The notes under the pieces: generated by a model
Databases searched by the model: none
Told to the model about the DNA's origin: nothing
The model's input: the letters and a program-made list of their open reading frames with translations, nothing else
Position numbers and translations under genes: made by a program
From: Acidobacteriota bacterium
GTDB taxonomy: Bacteria; Acidobacteriota; Terriglobia; Terriglobales; Acidobacteriaceae
NCBI GenBank assembly: GCA_040389265.1
Contig: JAZKAG010000101.1
Location: 1 to 39,215, forward strand
DNA length: 39,215 nucleotides
Direction of reading: 5' to 3'
Part shown: piece by piece, positions 26,901 to 32,878 of the stretch
How the letters are laid out: each line of letters starts with the position of its first letter
Numbering within the stretch: the first letter of the stretch is position 1

Positions 26901-27420
26901 CGAACTCTGCCGATGCATGCAACGGATTCAGTTCGAGCGCGGCCTGATACTGCAGGATGGCATTTTGATATTCCTTATTTTGTTGATACCCGCTGCCCAA
27001 CAAATAGTGAGTGTCCGCATTGTTGGCATCCAGCTCAACCGCATGCTTGAAATCTTCAATCGTTTCTGCCGTGTTGCCGTTTTTACGCGCCACCAATCCC
27101 AGGTTGTACCAGGCCGCTGTGTTCTTCGGATCCTGTTCGATCACCTTGCGCAGCTCTTCGCTCGCCTGCGGCAGTTGTTGAGAATTGAGCAGCGCGATTC
27201 CACGATTCAGGTGAGCCATCAGCAATGTGGGATCCTTCGCGATCGCCGCAGAAAACAGTTGCTCCGCGCGAGCGAAGTTCTGCTGGTTCATGTACGCCAC
27301 ACCCAGATTGTTCAAATGAACGGCGTCCCCTTGCGGGATGGGGGCGGTGTCAGCCCAGGCGAAGGAGAGGAGGAGAAGAGAAACACTAAAGACCAGGGCG
27401 ATCCGGACTCGCGGAAGCAT
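23950..27420 (-). CDS. Secreted multidomain protein: TPR repeats + FG-GAP/VCBS beta-propeller + UnbV/ASPIC domain + ~460-aa unassigned C-terminal region (CRTAC1 family)
   Basis: ATG 27420 gives the signal peptide MLPRVRIALVFSVSLLLLSFAWA. TPR-like helices include NLGVAYMNQQNFARAEQLF and AAWYNLGLVARKNG. Repeated D.DGDG.D / FDNDG.PD loops include GDFDNDGLPDI, DYDHDGDLDL, DIDNDGWIDL and DMDGDGDADL. The UnbV-like segment is NHWVRLSFKG...LGTKVEIFSG...VDIVRMLWPTG. Confidence 0.85.
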   Translation of the reverse strand: MLPRVRIALVFSVSLLLLSFAWADTAPIPQGDAVHLNNLGVAYMNQQNFARAEQLFSAAIAKDPTLLMAHLNRGIALLNSQQLPQASEELRKVIEQDPKNTAAWYNLGLVARKNGNTAETIEDFKHAVELDANNADTHYLLGSGYQQNKEYQNAILQYQAALELNPLHASAEFGLARAYQETGAADKARQAFQRFQHITSEKLGSPMTISYGEMGRYSMAQSIHVAEPVVGTMIPIRFVRQPIGSEANTLKSATQAEQAGGGACMVDLFGDGKADLISLSAGAHAMHAYRNLGDRFREVPASDTGLDVSGDARACTVGDFDNDGLPDIALSLRDRVVLFRNLGHGKFSEVTKAVGITPENEPAGLTFVDYDHDGDLDLFVTGQPLAAGNANVLWRNNGNQTFTNVTAATGLGGHDATRNATLSDLNNDRAVDLVVTGSEPSPTFYANPREGNFHATSLYSDAKLPPTNGVYVFDFNKDGWMDVAVMHAGTPGVTLWRNVDGKRFERVSLPDLHATRGWGLTAIDIDNDGWIDLAVLIDTAQGAELRILRNCGPRGFQDVTADVGLAKLKLDHPRAILAGDMDGDGDADLVVTQLDGPPVLLRNDGGNKNHWVRLSFKGLADNKSALGTKVEIFSGSLWQKWEVAGATGYMGQGSPEILAGLGNQTHVDIVRMLWPTGVLQDELKVPADAYTPLSEIDRRGSSCPVLFAWNGKQYQFITDVIGAGVVGHWISPTSRNIPDPEEWIKVAGDELKPHHGYLSLRFGEPMEEVNFIDQLRLVAIDHPDGTDVYPNARFLEAPPFPADKVVVSSAAKPVAAAWNNHGEDVRSLLLARDHRYVHDFADLSYAGFANPHTLTLDIGAWTPQNPLRLLLHGYVEYFSASSMYAAWQAGLKPEPPVLQAQMSNGSWKTILPDMGFPAGLPRTITVDLTGKLSAGTRRLRIVTNLQIYWDQILVDNGTDRAAEIHRTELPLALSTLEFRGYPEQIERQSPGDLTYRYDRISATGPFARERGSYTHYGNVTPLLKSIDNHFVIFGSGEDIDAEFSAAALPPLPAGWKRDYFFYANGYVKDMDFYEASPFTVNEMPFHGMKTYPYSKPTAYPMDPAALQYRLQWNDRFNSGDSPQEYLFHYVPSHATPIDPRPSTSVAVNNQGMQGAN

Positions 27421-27718
27421 GGAGATAAGGCTGACCTCGGTTCGCTGCGATTGAAACCACCGATCTTTAAGTCTACAAGACACAGATTCGACAGCCGCAT
27501 CGCGCAACGGTCGTTTTGATATCTATTGACAGGAGAAAATGTACACGCACACTTTTGCAGCCCTGCCGATGAAATTCGTGCATGATTAACGAATTGAACT
27601 CGCCCGCCGTAGTTCGTAACGTGGCATGAGGGAGCCATCGAATTCTCGCCCGTTTAAAAGATGAATTTCACGAGCTGACTTTGTTTAATTTGCAGCGGGA
27701 CGACGCTAACATTTTTGC

Positions 27719-29647
27719 ATGACGATTCCCGTTCCGAGGCCGGCGCTTTGCTCCCATCCAGCCCACTCAATCGGGTACAATCCATCGCAGTGGGGAGTAT
27801 TCTTGCGGCGTCGTTGGCTGTTTCCGTACGTTTTGATTTCGTTTGTGACCGTGGTTGCGTTACCTCGATCGGCACATGCAGCCCCTCCGCCGCAGAGTGG
27901 CATGGCGAGCGGTCCACCCTCCAAAGCCGTGTACGATGCGCAGCATCGCCCCATCACCGCGGGTGGTTTCGTTAAGTCCGGTCCAATTGTTTTTATGGAT
28001 GTTGCCGAGAAGGCTGGGCTGACCACCTGGCATCACACCGCCGGCACACCCGAAAAGAAATACATTCTTGAAGCCAAGGGTCCCGGCGTTTGCCTGCTCG
28101 ATTACGATAACGACGGCTGGCTCGACATCTATCTCGTAAACGGTTCCACCTATGCCGCCCTTGACGGCAAAGCCGCTGCGCCACAGGCGGCGCTTTTCCA
28201 TAACAACCACGATGGAACCTTCACCAGCGTGACCGCGAAAGCAGGCGTAGGCAACGGTCGCTGGGGCTTCGGCTGCACCGTCGGAGATTTTGACAATGAT
28301 GGCTGGCCCGATCTGTACGTCACCAACTACGGACAGAACCGCCTCTACCGCAACAACCATGACGGCACCTTCACCGATGTTGCCGCAAAGGCGGCCGTGA
28401 CCGTTGGTACCTGGTCCACCGGTGCGACGTTCGGCGACTACGACGGCGACGGCAAGCTCGATCTTTTTGTCGATGGATATCTTCACTACGACTACAAAAA
28501 TCCGCCGGTCTCCGGGTCGAAAGCGGTCGACTACAAAACCTGCGCCTTCCGCGGAACTCCCGTGATGTGCGGCCCCGCGGGTCTTCCTGGGGAGCAAGAT
28601 CATCTCTTCCACAACAATGGCGATGGCACTTTCACCGATGTCAGCAAGCAACTCGGAGTCAGCGATCCGTCCGGATATTACGGGCTGGGAACCTTGTTCG
28701 CTGATGTGAATAACGATGGCAAGCCGGATCTTCTGGTCGCCAACGACACCACGCCGAATTACCTCTACATGAACAAGGGTAACGGTACATTTTCCGACGA
28801 AAGTCTGGAAAGCGGTTACGCGCTGAATGCCGACGGCCGCGAAGTTGCAAACATGGGCATTGCCGCCGGCGACTACGAAAACAATGGGCACCTGGATATC
28901 GTCAACACCGACTTCGGCGATGACTACGATGTGGTCTTCCGCAACGACGGCACCGGATATTTTACCGACGTCAGTTACGAAACTGGGATTGCCGCGCCCA
29001 CGATTCCTTTTGTCGGTTTCGCCGATGGTTTTCTCGATTACGACAACGATGGCTGGAAAGATCTATTGATCGTCAACGGCCATGTTTATCCCAGCGTCGA
29101 TCAACATCCGGATTGGGGGACCAGTTACGCCGAACGCTCGTTGCTGTTTCACAATCTGAAGAATGGCAAGTTCGACCTCGTCCCCGCGGTGGAGGGAACT
29201 GGGCTCGCAGTCGTCAGCGTCGGCCGCGGAGCCGCATTTGGCGACCTCTTCAACGATGGCAAAATCGACGTCATCATCAACAACATGGATGGCGTACCGG
29301 TGCTATTGCGCAACGTCAATCCCGACCATCACCACTGGGTTGAGCTGAAGTTGATCGGCGGAGCGAAGAGTCCCCGCGACGCGGTCGGCGCGACCGTCTA
29401 CCTGAATGCTGATGGCATGCGCCAGCGCGGCGATGTGCTCAGCGGAGGCAGCTATCTCTCTTCCAACGACATGCGTGTTCACTTTGGTGTCGGCGCCGCC
29501 GCCACCATCAACAGCGTTGAAATCCATTGGCCCAGCGGGGCTAAGGAGACACTCAAGCTGGGCGCCGTCGATCGTATCTATACCATCACGGAAGGCAAAG
29601 GCATTACCGCCGCAATGTGCGATGGCAAGGCGTGCCCAGCCCAATAA
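27719..29647 (+). CDS. CRTAC1 family protein (FG-GAP/VCBS repeats + UnbV/ASPIC), secreted
   Basis: Motifs LDYDNDGWLDIYLVNG, GDFDNDGWPDLYVTNYGQNRLYRNN.DGTFTDV (recurring) and HHWVELKLIG...AVGATVYLNADG...SGGSYLSSNDMRVHFGVG...VEIHWPSG. The true start may be TTG 27803, which has SD GGGGAG and gives MRRRWLFPYVLISFVTVVALPRSAHA. Confidence 0.88.
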   Translation: MTIPVPRPALCSHPAHSIGYNPSQWGVFLRRRWLFPYVLISFVTVVALPRSAHAAPPPQSGMASGPPSKAVYDAQHRPITAGGFVKSGPIVFMDVAEKAGLTTWHHTAGTPEKKYILEAKGPGVCLLDYDNDGWLDIYLVNGSTYAALDGKAAAPQAALFHNNHDGTFTSVTAKAGVGNGRWGFGCTVGDFDNDGWPDLYVTNYGQNRLYRNNHDGTFTDVAAKAAVTVGTWSTGATFGDYDGDGKLDLFVDGYLHYDYKNPPVSGSKAVDYKTCAFRGTPVMCGPAGLPGEQDHLFHNNGDGTFTDVSKQLGVSDPSGYYGLGTLFADVNNDGKPDLLVANDTTPNYLYMNKGNGTFSDESLESGYALNADGREVANMGIAAGDYENNGHLDIVNTDFGDDYDVVFRNDGTGYFTDVSYETGIAAPTIPFVGFADGFLDYDNDGWKDLLIVNGHVYPSVDQHPDWGTSYAERSLLFHNLKNGKFDLVPAVEGTGLAVVSVGRGAAFGDLFNDGKIDVIINNMDGVPVLLRNVNPDHHHWVELKLIGGAKSPRDAVGATVYLNADGMRQRGDVLSGGSYLSSNDMRVHFGVGAAATINSVEIHWPSGAKETLKLGAVDRIYTITEGKGITAAMCDGKACPAQ

Positions 29648-29662
29648 GTCGAAGGAATAATC

Positions 29663-30895
29663 TTGTTGGTATCATGGGTTGTCATGCCTGCAAAAAGACG
29701 GATTGCCGCATTTTTACTGGCCTTTCTCACGACGTCTCCGGCTTTTTCTCAGGCAGTTTCTTCCCATGCCGCGCCCAGTCGCCAGGCCCAGATAAAACAG
29801 CATTCTCAGTTGGCGCAGCAGCATCTTGCGGAGCGTCGACCTGATCTGGCGATCCCTGAATTGAAAGCCGTTGTTGCACTCGACCCCAAAAATCTGGATG
29901 CACGCGCCAACCTTGGAGTGCTTCTTTTCTTTCGCGAACAGTATGCCGACGCGGCTCCTCAGCTCCGCGCAGCGTTAAAGCTTCAGCCGGATTTGTGGAA
30001 GATCCAGGCCCTGCTCGGTATGTCGGAACTCCGGCTCGGTCAACCGACCGAAGGACGGCATGATTTAGAGACTTCGTTTCCTCATCTGGAGGACGAAAAA
30101 ATCAAGATGCAAGTCGGCCATGCGCTGATCGATAGCTACACTTCCACCGGCGATCTTGCCCCGGCCGCAACCGTCGTTTCCGCGCTGCTCAAGTTGGAAC
30201 CCACCGACACAGGTCTGCTTTACACTGCCTTCCGGCTATATTCCGATTTGACGGACGAAGCCATTTTGACGATGGCCATGACCGCGCCCGACAGTGCGCA
30301 CATGCATCAGATGATGGCACGTGTGCTGGTGCGCGAAGGTGACTCGGCTGCGGCCATCAAGAATTACCGCGAAGCGATTCGCATCAATCCGAAAATTGCC
30401 GCGTTGCATTTTGAGCTGGCCCAGTTGCTGTGGGCGACGGATACAGTGGATGCCCAGAAGGAGGCTGTTGCAGAATACAAAACCGCATTGGAATTGAATC
30501 CTCTGGACGAGAAGGCTGAGTCTGAGCTGGGTCGAATCGCAGCGCAGAATGGCGACACCAAAGAAGCTTTTGCGGACTATTCAAAAGCCGTGCAGATGCA
30601 GCCGGACGATGCCGTAGCACTCACCGGACTCGCCGGTGTTCTCATCTCACAGCAGCAACAAGCGAAGGCGCTGCCGCTGCTGGAGCGCGCCGTGCAATTG
30701 GATCCGACCAGCGCTTCCGCTCATTTTCGCCTCAGCACCTTATATCGGAATGCGGGTCGAACCGACGACGCCAAGCGGGAACTTGCCGAATACCTGAAAT
30801 ACAAGAAGATGCAATCCGACCTCAGCGCTATCTTCAAACAGATGCGTTTGCCTCCAGCGAAAGATCAGACGGGAGACGCCGATGCCCCCAGATAA
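29663..30895 (+). CDS. Secreted tetratricopeptide (TPR) repeat protein
   Basis: Signal-like sequence AKRRIAAFLLAFLTTSPAFSQA. Multiple TPR units are present (ELKAVVALDPKNLDARANLGVLL, EAIRINPKIAALHFELAQLL, KAVQMQPDDAVALTGLAGVL, RAVQLDPTSASAHFRLSTLY). TTG 29663 has AAGGA upstream; ATG 29684 is an alternative. Confidence 0.85.
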   Translation: MLVSWVVMPAKRRIAAFLLAFLTTSPAFSQAVSSHAAPSRQAQIKQHSQLAQQHLAERRPDLAIPELKAVVALDPKNLDARANLGVLLFFREQYADAAPQLRAALKLQPDLWKIQALLGMSELRLGQPTEGRHDLETSFPHLEDEKIKMQVGHALIDSYTSTGDLAPAATVVSALLKLEPTDTGLLYTAFRLYSDLTDEAILTMAMTAPDSAHMHQMMARVLVREGDSAAAIKNYREAIRINPKIAALHFELAQLLWATDTVDAQKEAVAEYKTALELNPLDEKAESELGRIAAQNGDTKEAFADYSKAVQMQPDDAVALTGLAGVLISQQQQAKALPLLERAVQLDPTSASAHFRLSTLYRNAGRTDDAKRELAEYLKYKKMQSDLSAIFKQMRLPPAKDQTGDADAPR

Positions 30896-30934
30896 TTCGG
30901 TAGGTGCGTCTACCCATCATGCTGCGGATTCAGC

Positions 30935-32710
30935 ATGGCGCGCTTGAGATTGCATAACACCGCGGCCTTGCTTCTGCTGATGTTGGCTGCTGGCGTTGTA
31001 GCGGCATGGGGCCAAAACGCAACCGCGCACGCATCGACGGCGCCCCCGCTAATGGCGACCACACCAGTTCCAGCCGCGTCCGCACTGCCGCAACTTGTCG
31101 ACATTACCAAATCCACCGGGATCAATTTCAGCCATCTCTCCAGTCCTGAAGCAAAATATGTCGTCGAGTCGATGAGTGGTGGCGTCGCCCTGATTGATTA
31201 CAACCGCGACGGGTGGCCGGACATTTATTTCACCAACGCGCCCAGTGTGGAGATGGCGCTGGCCGGCAAAAAGGCCCGTAGCGCGCTCTATCGCAACAAT
31301 AAAGATGGCACATTTACTGATGTCAGCGACTCGGCCGGAGTCGCCACTCCGTGCTGGGCCATGGGCGCATCCGTCGGCGACTACAACAAGGATGGCTGGC
31401 CTGATTTGCTGGTGACCTGCTTCGGTGGCGTGGTGCTCTACCGTAACAATGGCAATGGAACATTCAGCGACGTCACCAAACAGGCCGGTCTTGGCAACGA
31501 TACGCTGTGGGCCACAGGCGCGGCCTTCGGCGACTATGACAAGGATGGCCGGGCCGATTTGTTCGTCGACCACTATGTGGATTTGAACCTGAACGATCTG
31601 CCCACCTTCGGCTCTCGCCCCACATGCAAATATCACGCCATCGACGTGCAGTGCGGGCCGCGAGGATTGAAAGGTTCGCCCGACAATCTTTACCACAACA
31701 ACGGCGACGGCACGTTCACCGACGTCTCCAGCCAAGCCGGCGTTAACGATGCGCAAGGACTGTATGGGCTGACCGCCGTTTGGCATGACTTCAACGCGGA
31801 CGGTCGCCTCGATCTGTTTGTCGACAATGACGGGGAACCCAACTATCTCTATCGCAACGACGGCAACGGCCATTTCACCGACATTGCTTACAGCGCAGGC
31901 GTGGCTGTCGATCAGGACGGCAATGCCCAGGCCAACATGGGCACCGCGCTCGGCGATTACAATCACACCGGTCGTTTTTCTATCGCAATCACGCATTTCA
32001 ACGAGCAGTACACGGCGCTATTCCGCAACGATGGAAACATGAACTTCACCGACATCTCCTATGCTTCCGGAATCGCGCAGAGTACCACCACCTATGTCGG
32101 GTGGGGCGACGAATTTATCGACCTCGATAACGATGGCTGGGACGATTTCTTCATGGTGAACGGCCACGTGTATCCGCAGGTGGACAGCATCGGCATGGAT
32201 TCCAAATTTCGCGAGCCCAAATTGCTGTTTCAAAATATGCACGATGGGAAATTCCAGGACGTCAGCAAGCAGGTAGGGCCGGCGATTCGGGAACTGCAGG
32301 TCAGCCGCGGAACCGCCATGGGCGATCTGTTCAACGATGGCAAAGTCGATCTGGTCATCGAGAATCTCGAGGGCGCTCCGATGATTCTTGCGCCACAAGG
32401 TGGTCCGCCAAACCACTGGATCAGCCTCCAGCTGGAAGGGACAAAAAGCAATCGTCTCGCCTTGAATGCCCGCGTGACCGCGACTGCAGGCGACCTGGTG
32501 CAGACCAAGGAAGTGCTCAGCGGTGGCAGCTACTTATCGCAGAATGATTTGAGGATTCATTTTGGTCTGGGTGGCCATACTCATGCCGACAAAGTCGAAA
32601 TACTTTGGCCCGACGGAAGCAAGCAGACGTTTACCAACGTGACCGCCAACCGTTTTTATCAGTTGACGGAAGGAAAAGACCTCGCACCGGTCACCTATAC
32701 CCATCCATGA
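30935..32710 (+). CDS. CRTAC1 family protein (FG-GAP/VCBS repeats + UnbV/ASPIC), secreted
   Basis: Signal peptide MARLRLHNTAALLLLMLAAGVVAAWG. Motifs include IDYNRDGWPDIYFTN, GDYNKDGWPDLLVT, LYRNNGNGTFSDVT and NHWISLQLEG...ALNARVTATAG...SGGSYLSQNDLRIHFGLG...VEILWPDG. Confidence 0.9.
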   Translation: MARLRLHNTAALLLLMLAAGVVAAWGQNATAHASTAPPLMATTPVPAASALPQLVDITKSTGINFSHLSSPEAKYVVESMSGGVALIDYNRDGWPDIYFTNAPSVEMALAGKKARSALYRNNKDGTFTDVSDSAGVATPCWAMGASVGDYNKDGWPDLLVTCFGGVVLYRNNGNGTFSDVTKQAGLGNDTLWATGAAFGDYDKDGRADLFVDHYVDLNLNDLPTFGSRPTCKYHAIDVQCGPRGLKGSPDNLYHNNGDGTFTDVSSQAGVNDAQGLYGLTAVWHDFNADGRLDLFVDNDGEPNYLYRNDGNGHFTDIAYSAGVAVDQDGNAQANMGTALGDYNHTGRFSIAITHFNEQYTALFRNDGNMNFTDISYASGIAQSTTTYVGWGDEFIDLDNDGWDDFFMVNGHVYPQVDSIGMDSKFREPKLLFQNMHDGKFQDVSKQVGPAIRELQVSRGTAMGDLFNDGKVDLVIENLEGAPMILAPQGGPPNHWISLQLEGTKSNRLALNARVTATAGDLVQTKEVLSGGSYLSQNDLRIHFGLGGHTHADKVEILWPDGSKQTFTNVTANRFYQLTEGKDLAPVTYTHP

Positions 32711-32878
32711 GGACTAGTGTGAGCGCCGTGACTCCCTCTTGCCCGGCAACTGTCCCCGCCGCGGATGTTGCCGCACCAGGCTCTTCCTCGGTCGCTGCCG
32801 CGGCGAAGGAGAAAGCGCACAGAAGCCTGGGACGCAGGTCACGAAACAGGCTTGTCGGCGATGCGATTGGGCAAACTA

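Noticed and set aside
25237-27519. Long plus-strand ORFs (290 aa and 404 aa) antisense to the TPR-CRTAC1 gene
   Set aside because: The translations are Arg/His/Gln-rich with no motifs. They lie opposite a gene with strong domain evidence, and long antisense frames are expected from GC-rich, repeat-biased codon usage.
27860-28891. 343-aa minus-strand ORF inside CRTAC1 gene 27719..29647, and the analogous 315-aa ORF at 31049..31996
   Set aside because: Both mirror the repetitive FG-GAP coding sequence and give Val/Ile/Gly-rich translations with no signal or motif. They are shadow ORFs.
32711-32878. Convergent intergenic region with a 7-bp hairpin CGGCAAC-N16-GTTGCCG (32744..32773), and the 105-aa ORF 32605..32922
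   Set aside because: The hairpin has a large loop and no T-run, so it is not a confident terminator. The ORF overlaps two supported genes and has an Ala/Ser/Arg-rich, non-specific translation.
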